Source: Ramazzottius varieornatus
Taxonomy: Eukaryota; Animalia; Tardigrada
Length of the DNA: 64,000 nt
NCBI GenBank assembly: GCA_001949185.1
Contig: BDGG01000002.1
Location: 6,562,448 to 6,626,447 of the forward strand
Reading direction: 5' to 3'
The position numbers and the translations under genes were made by a program. This document shows positions 12,608 through 31,319 of the stretch, piece after piece; the first letter of the stretch is position 1, and each line of letters begins with the position of its first letter. The notes below the pieces were generated by a model that saw only the letters and a program-made list of their open reading frames with translations, searched no databases and was not told where the DNA came from.

Positions 12608-14224
12608 GGTTGGCTTGGCCTGCTTTCTTCTGTGCTTTGAGCTTCTTGTAATGTCGTGTTTGTTTCGCAAAAGTGTACTTCGTCTTTTATCGCAGTTCTT
12701 TAATTACCATCCCGCAAGACCGTTTGGTAAACCTTTTATGCTGCAGTCAGCAGCAACCTAGAGTATCTACAGTTACTTTCCATCGCATCGAAGATCAGCG
12801 GAAAACTCGGTAATATAATGTTTTCATTCGGTACTTTGACTAAGGTTTGTGTTATTAGAATATGACGAATGTCGCTTTTGCGTTTACTTCAAGAGCCCAA
12901 AGCATTTAAATCAAACAGAAGAGCGAATTTTCATAAATCACTCATACTGACTGACTGTTTTGAAGGACCGTATTTTCACAGAAGGTGACTATGCAGAAAT
13001 TTTGGTTTCTGCTATTCACCCGCCCAAGCCGTAATTTCAAGATCAGGTCTTATTTTTTGATTGTACGTTGGTCTTTCAATTTTGTTTCGGGCGGTAATGC
13101 AAAGCCACCGCGCCTAGCGTATACTGTGCGCGCTTTTGATCTAGATGGGATTTTTCCTTGATTGAAGAAAGCTTTTCATTCCCTTGTATAACCGTTATAT
13201 CTGTGATAATCATGCGTCCAAAGGTCTCCGTGCCTGTCAAATTCATCCGAGAACGGTTGATTATGTGGGCCTACTCATCGATCGACACAGGTCGATCTGC
13301 TGGAGGGTCTATTCGTGGCGGAAAATTTTATTTTAGGGCTTTGCGCTGTTCGCGGTACTTGGCCTATTAGCCTGCGTGGTAGCACGGGACTTAACTTACC
13401 CGTACTTCAATTAGATACGTCAACGCCAAGAGGATCTAGTAGTCGCCTGGGGGGACAAAACATGATGGACAGCTTCAGATTTGCTGACTAGTGTATGAAT
13501 ATCCAGCATTGCTGCAATATATCGCTATGACCGAAGCTTCGGTCTTATGATTGTCTGTTTCGCAGTTTGGAGTGCTAGCTGCCGCCGCTCCAGACAACGA
13601 AGGTTGCGTCGTACGTCGTGACCGATCGACATAGTTAGCTATAGCTCGATCGGAAAGGAATTTTTGATACGTCATTTTGTTTTCCACTGGTCTAGGCTAA
13701 CTTGACGGTGGCAAGCTCTTGTACAAATAGTTATACGAAAATTCGAACATCTCCCGGTTTATTTATCGAGCACATAGCAGCTAAGTGGTGACTTACCTAC
13801 CGTTTGACAGCTAGCAATCATTAAGAAATGTTTGCCGTATCTCATGAAGTAACCTGGTAAGTTTTCAGCCGTCTTTTCGTGTAGTTCCGACAGAGTGGTT
13901 CCGATCTGTTCGTCCTGACCTGACAATATTACGTGCCGCTGGGTTACATGCCAGCGTTTTTTTACACTGGCGAGGCTCCTAGCTTTACTTCCGCTCGTCA
14001 GCTCGACCTGCTTTCTTTGACATCAAGCGAATATTTCACATGCTTTCATTCTATCCAAAACTATCTGATGGGTTTTATGATATTTCTATAGTGTATGCTC
14101 GAAAGGTATTTTGAATTAATTTTATAGTTATATAGTTATTAGGTGTATAGTGTCCATGTGATGTTTTCTGGGCAAAATCCTGATACTTTATTTTCATACT
14201 GTTTGTTTTTTTACAGATATCTGG

Positions 14225-17148
14225 ATGGATAACCGGGATGCAATGACTTCCGAACGCAGAAGTCCGAACACAAGCGGACAGGTTTCGCCCATAAGTTCCA
14301 TTCCCGTTTCGGTCATCCGGCGCCGTCGTCGGGAAGACTCTCCGGATACGAGCTTCTCAGAGGCCTCTTATCGCTGCAAAGTATGTGGGGGCAATTCGAC
14401 CGGCGTCCATTACGGAGCTCGCAGCTGCGAGGGATGCAAGGTACCATTAGCCTTCAGATGATGACGTCCGTCTGTCGAATGAAAAAAATTATCGATTAGG
14501 TAGCTTATAGTCTTCAGCGAGATTTGTTGTTCTTGCAAGGCTAGGTCATTTCTTGACGATCATTCGATGATACAATGCAAAGATGCTTTAGCATCAGAAG
14601 TGGGTACACTGTTATCGCATGCAGTCTGATGGTTAAAGTCCTGAAGGTACCCCGATATCTAAGGCTCAACATCCACCACGGGTTTTGACGGCGACTTGCA
14701 AATGATAACGAAGGCCAAAAGCTGTTCAGAGCTTTGAAATACCATTAGCAGATTTGGGTCTCTTGTCCTCATTCCGAGGTCAGAATTGTATCAATTTAGC
14801 CACTGGGGCAACCTGTCACGTAACTTGGTGCCTAGGTTTCTCGCCGTTCCAGACCATGGTTAATGTCGATCATTTTATGTCGGTTTTTTATGGTTTGAAT
14901 GATCGAGAAAGAACAAGCAGGCTAAACAGAAGATAGATTAGCTGAAAAAAATCAAACTTTCCCCAGCGAACTGCAAAGCCTTAGAAATTTTCTTCGTGAC
15001 TCACGTGCCGATATGTAATATGAGCAAAAGTCAAAGCGACCGGCGACGACGCATAGAGCGGTTCTTCGTGCTGTATGTGAACGTCAAGCCGCTAATGAAA
15101 ACGTTTCAAGCGTCGACGCATTGCTGAAATTCTCAACGCACATGAAAGCTATGTAGGGTTCCGAGAAATATTTCTGTTGAAAAACGCTAGTGGTTGCATT
15201 TCTTCTTCTCAGCTAAACTGGCATGCTAAAAATCCGGTTTGTGCAGGCATTCTTCAAGCGCGGCATGCTAAACAAGGTCTCGTACAAGTGCTACTTTGGA
15301 AACATTTGCCACATCAGTCCGAAAACCAGAGGGCGCTGCAAGGCGTGCCGGCTGAACAAATGCATCAAAGAAGGAATGAAATTCGAAGGTGAGCCATAAG
15401 GAACTGGGGTTTTTACTTCCCTGAGGGACGATTATCGTACATTATGATTTTCGTGTGATCTCAGGAATGCGAGCCAGTCGAGTACAAGCACAAAATGCCA
15501 ACAAGCGCAACAAGGAAGTTCCCCAAATGGGCGCTGGGAGCGATAACAACACGCAAGATCACCCCATTGGTAAGCACCTCATAAAATCCATAAATAAATT
15601 CACAAATCGGCAAAATATTGAAGTATCAAGCACGAAATAAGTTGAAAAGACTAATGCATCTATTCGCTGACTCTGGAATAAGAAATATTCTGAATGTTGA
15701 GGCATAATTGAGCAGCCTTTGTGACGAACTTGAGCTCGTGCTATTCATGCAGGTTCTTCGTCAGCGCACTTGTGGAGTATACGTGAGCAACCAGAAAGAA
15801 CCGAGTACCCAAACCCAAACGGTCCGGAACAACCAGAGCGTGTCATCCACAGCGACGTGTATCGAAATGCCGGAAGCGGGACGGTCGTGCTCTCTCGAGC
15901 ACAATCCGAAATCATAAAGTCTTCGTTCGCTGGACCCTCAGAACAGAGCTTCAGAACAACCCAGTCTTGCAATACAATATTCCGTGGTTATTTCGCTGCG
16001 CCACAGCCCCAGCGTAAAGAAAGCACACATGCCGAACTGAAATATCTTCTTGATTTCGCGTTGAAGACGAAGGACCCATCGCCTGGAGCGTTACTACATG
16101 TGCAAGAAAGCTCGTCAGTGTCCACCATCATTCCCCACTATTGCTCTATCCTGAAAAACACAAGTCATTGTCTACAGGTAAGGGTTCCCGCCAGCATGTT
16201 CTAAATCGGATCTCGACCAGAACTCCATAGTGTTTGTGACGCTTACAGGAAACTGTGAAGTCTGTGACGTACGCTCTAACTGAAGCCTACCGCGAACAGA
16301 TTGAACTGTGGAGTCTCTTCATGGAGAGGTCGCAACATTCGAGTACCGCAGAGTTCGCCACGGACTCTGCGGAAACTATACTTGGCGCGTTGCGCATTGA
16401 TGTCGTGGACGATGTACGAAGACTGCAAAACTTTTCCCAGCTTCTGCCCGGTTTTAGCCAGCTATCCACAGCCGAGCAACATCGGCGAATCTCAATCAGA
16501 AACCTCTTGGCGTGGTTTGTAAGTGTCCCAGAGGATTCACATGATTCCGCTTCCTTGTCAACCTGTTCTTGATCCAGTGGTTGGTTTCAGATTCACCGTT
16601 CACCATACGTGAAAGACCAGGAAGTGTATTACTTGGCTGGCAACGCCGACAGGAAGGTCCACTACGGCAAGTACTGGATCAAGAAGCTGATGGAGCCCGA
16701 GTTCGCCGAATTCATCTTGGGTATCCTTCAGGAACTCAAAACTCTGCAGCTAACCTTGGTCCAGACCTACCTGCTGCTGGCAGTCTGCTTGTTCGAACCA
16801 GGTAAGTTCTAACGACGAAGTATACCGGAGTGACAAAGTAACCCTTTACTTCCGGTTAGCTTTACAGGTTTCTGCTATGTCGAAAACATCACGTTCTTGA
16901 AGTTTCTGCATTCTCACTACCTGGACGCACTGTTGTGGACTTTTGGTACAGATTCGGAGCGTCTTTCAGCACTGCGAGACGTCCTGAAAAAATGTCGTTC
17001 GATTGATGTTCTACAAGTGCGCTATGTAGCATCGTTGGATGTCTCCAAAGCACCCGTTCGTCCATCCAATGGCTTGCCGTATAGTCTTCTTGTCCGTCAA
17101 AGCAGCTTTCTCGAAGATGACATCGTACTCGATGATACACTTTTATAA
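14225..17148 (+). CDS. Nuclear hormone receptor (C4 zinc-finger DBD plus divergent LBD), NR1-like orphan
   Basis: CKVCGGNSTGVHYGARSCEGCK|AFFKRGMLNKVSYKCYFGNICHISPKTRGRCKACRLNKCIKEGM. LBD signature remnants FSQLLPGFSQLSTAEQ and LQLTLVQTYLLLAVCLFEP. Confidence 0.88.
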
Positions 17149-18121
17149 CTTATGCAATGTACTGAAACTGATGTTTTGAGCACAATAGAGTTTGCCTCAT
17201 CTTTTACCCTATCCACAAATTTCGTCCAAATACTGTATTCCCTCGATAGTTCTGCGAATTACATCATCATGCCAGTAAATTACACCCGCATTGGTGTCCC
17301 CCCGCATTGTTTGATTATTGCCCTTTATTATACTTGATTGGGCAGCAGTCTTTGATTGAAGGTGGAGAAACTTTCTGTTCCCCGCCGGATGATATTTACC
17401 ACGACAGTCACGTGATTCGCAGAACTTTCCAAGGAATACAGTACTAAGAGTTATTTGTTTTATTAATGGTTTCGTTCTGTAAAGCTCATCCGGCGTTGTA
17501 TTTACTCCCGATGCTATGTAAATCGTATCAAACAAATATGTGAATATCTTTTGCTATAATAATCGTAAAAGAGGTCTTCAAACGCGAAAACCAATACGTT
17601 GATCCTGTTGGGAAGCTGGCCAGCACTCCACCTTCGTCATGGCGAGCCGCGGAGTGATGGCGGACGAACGCACTGTGAGCAAATGGATGACATCACCAAA
17701 TGACATCACCGTCCGCCATTTCACTTGATTTCATTCATCCTCGCCAAAATACGATTTTGCCCATTCGTTTTGTCATTCTCGTGAATCTTGTGGGGTACTT
17801 TCTCTTTACAGCAGATCTTGTGGATCGGACTTGGACGTTCATGCTCAGGGAACGAGTAGCGGAAGCAACGAGGGACGCCTGGAGCAGTCCTGCACGGTGA
17901 AAGACATCTGGTACGGGAAGACGGAAATTTCTGTCAAGCTTTGTGCTGCCTTTCAACTTCTTCGTCGAGAAACGTGATTCCCTTCTGATTTCGGATCCAG
18001 TGAACCGGATCGTCCGCAGTGAATACTCGTGGTTGAAGACCAACACCTCAGTTAGAGAAGTCTGGCCAGTGAGCTGAAACTGTCGTGCATGCTTCTTCAT
18101 CTCTTCTTACTTGTGGACAGG

Positions 18122-19309
18122 ATGGATGAATCGATGGAGCTTTCTGAAGCCAGCTTCGAGACTGCAAGCGACGAAGAAACCGACACTTTTATCAGAGAAA
18201 TCGACGAACAAAGAAGCAGAACGGTGGAAAGCTGGTCGCTTAATGGCGAAGCTGGTGCGCAGCTGAAATCAACTCTTCGGGACTCTTCAAAACTGTGGCT
18301 TGAACATCGCGGATTTCTCAAGGAGAGCTCCGAACACTGTCGCGGTAAGCAAAAATTCCCTACCATGCCTTACGAAAGCTGTAGATTGCGTATGCTGTGT
18401 TTTTCAGACGCTAAAATTCCCATAGTTTTTATGCTGAAAGAATTGTACGAAGCTGCATCTTCATCTGACAGCTCAAAAGGTATGACATTGGCTCGATCTG
18501 CTATCACTAACGTGGATAACTGCTCCAGTATTCGGTGATGTCTTTCCGCAGACGAACGAAGATCACAACAAGAAGACATGTTGCAAAAAGAGTTGGCTGT
18601 AGTACTGGCGAAGCAAGAGGAATTCCGGAAGAACATCGCACTCTTTACAGATTCAAGAGCTCATCGAAGGAAAGAGAAGGCTGCTCAAATGGAGAGTAAG
18701 GCCACGAAACTTTCTGGGACTTCACGCGGGTTGCAGAGTATCTTCATTACGGGTCTTTTTCATGCTTGTAGTTCTGAAGAAAGAGAAAGCGGAAAAAGTT
18801 CTGAAGACGACGCAGTATCAACTCATGGCAGAAAGCGGGTTCGCATCCTTCGGAATCCAGATGGACCATAAAGATACTCCAACTGGTGGTAAGTCTTCAC
18901 AGTCCTATACCTCAGCTTAACTAGCCCACTACCATGCCGTATATCCGTATACATTTTATCTTTAGTACGAATGCGAATACGTTTCAAGAAGCTGTCCACC
19001 ATCCCGGGAGCAGAAGCTGGAGTCATTGTCGAGATGGGGGAGAAAGAATCAAACAAACGTTGGTTGGCTCTTTCACCCTTCAAACGAACTCATTTTTTTC
19101 TCGAATTTATTTTAGTCACAGAAGGTTCACTGATGTGTTTTCTTTTAGTTGTCGACCAATGGCCGAAAAACGTTCCGGGAATGCGGGATCTGGAAATGAG
19201 GTTAAACGAAGGAGACGTAGACCTGACGGGGTTTCTTATAGGAACTCGAGGATATTTCAGGGACTTTTACAAATCATCCGACACGTTTGCTGCAGTTTTC
19301 CGCGATTAA
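18122..19309 (+). CDS. Spc25-like kinetochore (Ndc80 complex) protein: coiled coil plus C-terminal RWD-like head
   Basis: Spliced product is a long charged coiled coil followed by FGIQMDHKDTPTGVRMRIRFKKL...WLVVDQWPKNVPGMRDLEMRLNEGDVDLTGFLIGTRGYF, matching the Spc25 pattern by eye. Start codon uncertain. Confidence 0.55.
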
Positions 19310-20002
19310 CGTATTTCAGTTAGATGCTTGCTTTCAAGCTCTGACTTCTAGTTTTATGGATAATCCCGCTCAGACCATATTTTGTTATCATTACACCATG
19401 TGATGGCAAACTGCTGCAGCGCGAAATGTAATGTTATGTACTCGTTGGTTCTTGTCTTGTGAACGCCGTTTTAGGCAATGGTTTAAAGTGTACCAGATAA
19501 AACACTTGTAGATTTCCGTGACGTGTAAAATCCTTCGCGACTGATTTATTCTGGACCGAGGAGCCGGAATGGGGCGGAAGAGCTCACTAGTGTCCGTCTG
19601 AACGGTTGGTTGTTCCCGTGAATTCATTGGCGGTTATGCGCGACTGTATGAAACCCCGTCTGATGCAAGGAACGTAGTTTAACTTAATGCTGGTTCAAAC
19701 AAGGCGCATGGATGAAATGAGCAGGTGTCCATCTTACTTTCTCGACAAATTAAAAAAGAAGCACAGTAATGGCAACTTAATCCCCGTATAATTACACAGT
19801 AATAATTATGTACTACATGAAACTTCCCACTCGATCCAAGGCGAGCTTGATTTTTGCAAAAAAATTAAGCTTAGGTAACAAGAGATGACTGTCGCAAAAC
19901 AGCTTGTTCTAATATTGTTTCGCCGGCAGAAAGAGCTGCAGAAAAGATGACAAAAGTGTGACAAGATTGTGTAACCAACAGAAGAGAAACGGGTGACCGC
20001 GT

Positions 20003-21967
<1,965 letters not shown>

Positions 21968-23038
21968 GGTAGCTTAACCTTGTGGAAAAAGGAGGAAAAC
22001 TGCAACAGAGAAAACAAAATCAAGTAAAGAGGTTTGCAATGATTACATTCAATGATGACAGGCATGCGACATTGCTATGTCTAATCTTCGGTCCATACAT
22101 GGCCAACAGCGAGTAAACGCCCTCTTGTGCGCTTCCGTCGAGGGTAGCTTCAGCTTCATATCAACATACTCATATCCGTACCCATACACAGTCTCTCGCT
22201 AATTTTAGCCATCTTCGCTACACTCTCGCATTCTCGACTACGCTAGCTACGATCTGTCCATTTCAAGTAATCGCCGGGCTTCTTCGTGAGCCAAAAATAA
22301 ATTCAGCAACGTGCTTTGGGAAACACGCGGAGATTTCTCTGAATGGACTTCTTCTGGGAACGGAATCAAAGAGATCGGTAATAACAACGGGAACAAGTGC
22401 AAAATTCTTCCCTGAGCTGGCTAGACACTCTCGTCTGCTTTCAGAATTCGCCTCTCTGATTCGCACATAAGAGACAGAACCTCTGACAGGATCATACGCT
22501 TCGCATTCAGTAAATTTGCTGCCCTTCACGCCATATTGAATTCCTCCATTCATCCGCCCTCACCTCGGCAATGATGGTCGTTTATTCCGAAATGGAAAAT
22601 AAATCCCAGCTAGAACAATCTTGCGGAACTCAAAAACATAATTATGAATGCCTCAAAATAAAAAACTTCAACTTTTGTGCCAGAAATCCAAACTCAAGTT
22701 GCTAGCATGTTCATGTCGATCAACCAATTTATTTACTAGCTCCATGCAAAGAGACATTCCCAAATTTTGAGAACAAAACATCGACCATGTCATGCGTGAA
22801 AAGTTTCCTCCCTTCGCCTATAAACGCAACAATGTTCCCTCACCAGATTATACAACAAAACTCTTCGAACTCCCTTCAGCACCGTATGGACTTCAACCAT
22901 CAACCTTGATATTCCGATCTGATGCGACTGGAATTTTCCCTCTTGTCCTCAAAACGGTTGACTGTCGTTTCACTACCCTCGGTCCACCCGCTGCCCAAAA
23001 ACCCAGCCATTGTGACAATGAAATATGCAGGGCTTACC

Positions 23039-23320
23039 TTGAGGAATAGTAGGACAAGGAGTAATATCCGCAAGAATCGCAAACTTGATGAATCCGCGTT
23101 GGCCTGATGAACTTGCTCGACTAAAGAGGTGTCTGCCGGCTCACCATCTATTTATACGAGGCACTTTTCTTCATAGCCGGCCGGAGGTGGAGCCCTAACT
23201 GCGGCCTGCCCTTGGCCCGCCTAGATGACCATATATGGAAGTGCTTCGCGAAGTGGAACAAGACACCGGGAGAAGACACGGTTCGGCTTGCCACACCCCA
23301 AGCAACAGTCTTGATTGGCA
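23039..23320 (-). promoter_or_regulatory. Actin promoter and non-coding exon 1: CCAAT, CArG box, TATA, Inr
   Basis: On the minus strand: CCAAT (~23313-23318), perfect CArG CCATATATGG (23229-23238), TATAAATAG (23148-23156), Inr-like TTAGTC (23119-23124) ~25-30 nt downstream of TATA, then donor AG|GTAAG at 23039/23038 opening a ~1-kb 5'UTR intron. Confidence 0.8.
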
Positions 23321-23884
23321 CGTTGCTCGGATGAACCTATCGGTGCTCCCGTCCTCACATGTACTGGTTACACATGACATGACAAACGAACCAGCCGGGA
23401 CAGCTTCCGCTCAAAGCATCGTGACGTTACTGCATTACATCGGTTATCTCGCGTGAAAAAGTAAGGAGCGTTCGAATGAGCTGGCCCCGAAATGGGCATG
23501 TCGACATGACTTCTGCGATAACGGTATCATCACGGTTGATATTTCATCGACTAGAATCACACATCCATAGTCCGATTTGGTAGCGACCCTTTACCGACAG
23601 CATTCAAAGTCTGCGTTGTATTCGAAAGATCGGACTTCCGGTTCTACAGAACAGAACTATGCGTTTGTTGGTGGAGTGTGGGGAACCTGGCCCAGAAATC
23701 GACAGCCTAATTTATAGTTTCCGCACAAGTAAGCCGGTAACCAGATACGTAATTCTTCCACAGGCTGCCTTAATAGGTTCACTCAGTCATTGGTCTGAAT
23801 GTCATATCATCCTACTATAGTACGCATCAATAGACAGGTTTATGACCGCGCAGACTGGGAGAGCCTCACGTTCTCATCGGACAC

Positions 23885-23954
23885 CACCTTCTGATCTGAG
23901 GACCTCGGTATCGCGCAGTGCTACGCGGTACCGAGGTCCTCAGATCAGAAGGTG
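23885..23954. repeat. 70-nt hairpin: 31-bp stem (one G:T pair), 8-nt loop
   Basis: CACCTTCTGATCTGAGGACCTCGGTATCGCG-CAGTGCTA-CGCGGTACCGAGGTCCTCAGATCAGAAGGTG. Confidence 0.92.
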
Positions 23955-24692
23955 ACGAGGAGTTCGAGGAATAGTGTATAGACTTGGAAGTGCCCCATTT
24001 CATATGTCAGTACAACAAGTACCCTCTTTCTTGTTAGTTGTCAAACAAGATTTTCTCCGTGTTAATGGTCTGACTCCTGTAGGTGTTCGCTTCTTTTGGA
24101 TATTAGCGCTTGCGGACCTGTGATCTTGCGCGATACCGGCCTTTGCTTCACGACGTTGACTGTAGATGTAGATGACCTACGCAACGAAACTGCAGAGCCT
24201 CGAGCAAGGAAACCGATCTTCCCAATATGGACAGAAATATTCACGGGTACCAAATTCGGCGCGTTCTTGTTCCTCACCATCTTTCGCTCATAGCAACATA
24301 ACACTTCACAGCACGAGCAGAATATTCTTCGCTCAGTTCGCAAGAAAACAAGCGCACTACGCTTCCCCAACGCTGGCCGCTTGGATCGTGTTGAGTGTAA
24401 CCGCACACACCAAAGATGAACATACCTAGTGGCGGAATATGTACTATAATTATTCTCGTCCATGTACAAGATCCGTCCTGTCAGCTCGCATCAACTGCGG
24501 TTCGTCAGTGTTTGTTGTGGTTTCGCGAGGTGCCATGATAATTTCGTGCTGCGAACGGAGGTCGCGGTAAGCCTCGGTGATCGTGAGAAGCGCGACAACG
24601 GCTTCTACTAGGCTCGTCATACAATTTGACGAGCCAGCTGTCATCCCTCGGGGCACCATTGCGAGTGTCGAAGACCAAACCTCGACATCGAA

Positions 24693-24817
24693 TGGGAACT
24701 GGGCAAGCAAAACGTGGAAGATCGATATCTTGAATGGCGGACTCTTCCAGCAATCAACACTGGAAGCGTTCGCCACTTTAGATAATGACCATCTACATTT
24801 GGTTTGCCCACCTCCCA
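24693..24817. repeat. 125-bp palindromic element copy L
   Basis: TGGGAACTGGGCAAGC...TGAATGGCGGAC(24731-24742)-N25-GTTCGCCACTTT(24768-24779)...GTTTGCCCACCTCCCA. Confidence 0.85.
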
Positions 24818-25295
24818 GATTGTTTGCAGTAACGAAGCGTCTAATTCCACACGAAGCGGATGACGATTTCCCAGAAAGATGGACAGTGATATTTCAGATT
24901 TGCGTTTTGCAGCGCTACGAGAACATGAAATAAAAAGAACCACCATCAAACTTTGCAACCATAAGTTGAGCTGCCGTTAGAAAATGGCCAATACTTTAGA
25001 GCGAAGTCTACGCATCGGAGTGTACGCAGCGGAAACCTCGCGGTTCCGCCTACACGGACCCCTCAAGGTGATAACCGGGACGAAACTCAGTAGCAACCCA
25101 CTCCTCATAAAACATAAAAGCAAATAAAACTAGGCAGCTCGCATGAAATGGATGATGTCGGGGAACCATTGCCGTTCTAGAATACTACGTAAAACTCTCT
25201 TTGACGATCAGCTCCGTAGAATGTACCGAACACATTCGAGAAAAATCACAAGGTTTCGGGAAAATGCAGTCGAATATGACTGATGGTCTTTCCAA

Positions 25296-26415
<1,120 letters not shown>

Positions 26416-27167
26416 CCTAAACGGTCCAGAGGGGAAACGACCGGAAGTTGGATAGTGACTAAACAGGATCTTCACTAAGCGTCCGGCTGTTAGTACCAAG
26501 ACGGCGCGCGACTGATCCTGACGAGGCAAGAAGGGGTCTCACAGCTGGACCACTGCGGAACGATGGCCAGTTTATGGCAGGATGAGCAGAGGTAAAGGAA
26601 GCTGGAGGACCGCACAACGATCCTCGAAATGACGAGTAGAGATTGAGAACGATCAAAACAACAACACAGAAATTAAGTGCAGTTCCGACTTTGCGATATT
26701 CATTGCTACGTCACCGGAAGTAGAAGGTCCTCGAGGCTCGAGCTCCCCACTCCCCAGACTGTTGGTTGTGTATCTTCTTCAGGTCTTCCACGACCACTGA
26801 CTTAACCTACTCTCAACGAGGCATGAGTGTTGGGTCTCCGCAGAATTCCTCACTGTTTAACGTGTATCACTTTACACGAAGTTTCGTGATTCGATTTGCA
26901 AGACAGTGGATGTAAAATATTGATACCATAAAATCATCAAAAGTTTTAAAGCCCTCGGAACAATACAGCAAACTCTGACTCTCCAGTCAAAACGGTCCTG
27001 CAGAACCATAGCCAAAACAGTTCAACAGTGCCCAACGATCCAAAAAGTCGTTGCGATTACGTTACTGAAGAATTCTTACAAGTCACTTCTAGTCCTTCGC
27101 TTCGAAGAAGATAATAACAAGACGAACCCATTCGTTCAAACTACGAGATGATCATTCTACATCCCAC

Positions 27168-29447
<2,280 letters not shown>

Positions 29448-30614
29448 TGGTACGAGCAAGGGAGAAAAATGCACTACACTAGTTTTGCCTTGCCCCACAA
29501 ACACACGCGATGGAAACGGAAGAGACAAGGCAGCGACTGCGAGCAAACAAACTTGACTTGTGCACAAGCTGTTCCGGCCGGAGCGCGATTCGCCGAGTCG
29601 GATTATAGAGTCAGCTAATTCCGTAGTGACTCAGCCGCTCAACGTGATAACCACCTTCTGGAAATAAAAAAATACTGTTTTCATAATCCGGTGCTGTAGT
29701 TAGCTTGTTCATCTTGTTTTCCGCGGTGTCCCAGATCATAAGGCTAAGGAACGCCTGCCGAAGAATCAGAAAGCTGAGAATTTTACGCACCGGCGCTGAG
29801 GGAATCGAAGGCGACCGAATATGGATGAGCTCGACTCTGTGGTGTCCAAGTTGTCTCCTGTCTCGTTTCGCCTCCTAGAATAGCAGTTCAAAGTTGGTCA
29901 GAGTCGGATAATCTTGATCGAGTGGAGCAGGGCTTCCCGACAAGACTTGCGCCGGCTTCCGGCTCATGATGTATATAAGGCTTCTACAGTATTAATACTT
30001 ACGGAGTAGGAGTCTTTCTTCGTCCGGCAAGTAGTCCTCTTTCGGCAGCTGGTTCCGTAGGCGACATTCACTGTTAATCGTCCGGTAGCGGGCAAGATGG
30101 CGATATGAAAGCCACGGAGTAATTTTATAACTTTTGATAACGTTTGCGCCAGTCATCAATTGCAGAGTGCAGACTGAATGAGCTGGTGACTGCTGGTGTG
30201 TTGGAATCCGTCTGGTAGGATGATGTCACAATTCACGAACCGCCAGAACTAGGTCCTTCACGTCGAAAATTCCTTAAACTAACGTTATCCAAGCAATTCT
30301 TTCGGTTGATTGTTGAAGGACTGAAGTCGTCCTTCGGAACCCGGGTGTGCCCGCGGCTGCCCTCAGTCGACCCCTTGTTGCCCTGGGTGTCCTTCGTACT
30401 GTAGTGGGAAGTTTGGAAAAGGGAGCTGTCTGCATGAGACTGCATCATCTATCTTCGTTCCTCGGTCTTCCCTTTCGGCTGGCTGAACCGCAGTAACAGG
30501 AAAGGTAGTTTGCTGTTGCAGGTATCGAAAGCTCGCACGATCTCCGGGACGTGGGCGTCACGGATTAGTCGGATCAGCTGCTGTAACCTGCGTATCATCC
30601 CTCGCAGGATAACC

Positions 30615-31319
30615 ATGCTTCCTCTGCGGACGTTGAGAAAGATTGTGTTGGCCAAGTGCTATGTCGACCATTCTCGCAGCATCGGTACTTCTGGAGTAAT
30701 GTATCAGAACGCTATGAAGTTTACATTCGCATCGCCAGGGCAGGTAAGTGTGGCTCATTTCCGGTCGACACTAATGAACCCGTTAGCTGATTACGGCCTG
30801 TATATCCTGTAGGTTTTCTATTCGGAGGCGAACATCAAGCAAGTCGACGTCCCTTCGATGAGTGGAAACTTCGGTATTCTGGCTAACCACGTGCCAATGT
30901 TGGCTGTTCTTGCACCTGGCGTGGTCAACATCTTTGAAACTGAGGGTGACTCAAAGAAATACTTCGGTAAGCAATGCATTACAAATGAGACAAATCGATT
31001 TGTATTCCTCGACGCCGGACTGACGTGCATTCGTGGTCTAGTTAGTAGCGGAACCATCACAGTGAACGACGACTCTTCGGTACAAGTACTAGCCGAGGAA
31101 GCCGTTCCTGTTGCCCATCTGGACCGACAGGTAGATTCCGCAACAATTTACAGTATGGTTTCTTGTGGGAGTATGTTTAACTGGTCTGTTTTCCAGGCTG
31201 CCAGAGATGGTCTTACCGAGGCGCAACAAAGGTTGAATTCAGCATCAGGAGACATTGCAAGAGCAGAAGCCCAAATAGCAGTCGACACGTTTGAAGCCTT
31301 GGTGAAAGCGAGCGAATAG
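30615..31319 (+). CDS. ATP5F1D: Mitochondrial ATP synthase F1 delta subunit
   Basis: MKFTFASPGQ|VFYSEANIKQVDVPSMSGNFGILANHVPMLAVLAPGVV...VSSGTITVNDDSSVQVLAEEA...RAEAQIAV. Confidence 0.96.

Noticed and set aside
14620-14685. tRNA/SINE-like A- and B-box remnants in the nuclear receptor intron
   Set aside because: The boxes are too degenerate and no cloverleaf can be formed.
17639-18060. Upstream coding exons or a separate small gene before the Spc25-like gene
   Set aside because: The obvious splice combinations hit stop codons; probably 5'UTR.
24693-24817. Palindromic element as an introner (copy L contains minus-strand GT...AG near its ends)
   Set aside because: In all copies within well-supported introns the element ends do not coincide with splice sites, and no credible host gene surrounds copy L.
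24062-24958. Overlapping 65-135 aa ORFs between actin and LRRC57
   Set aside because: No recognisable domain or consistent splice model, and part of the region is the palindromic repeat. A small gene or lncRNA cannot be excluded.
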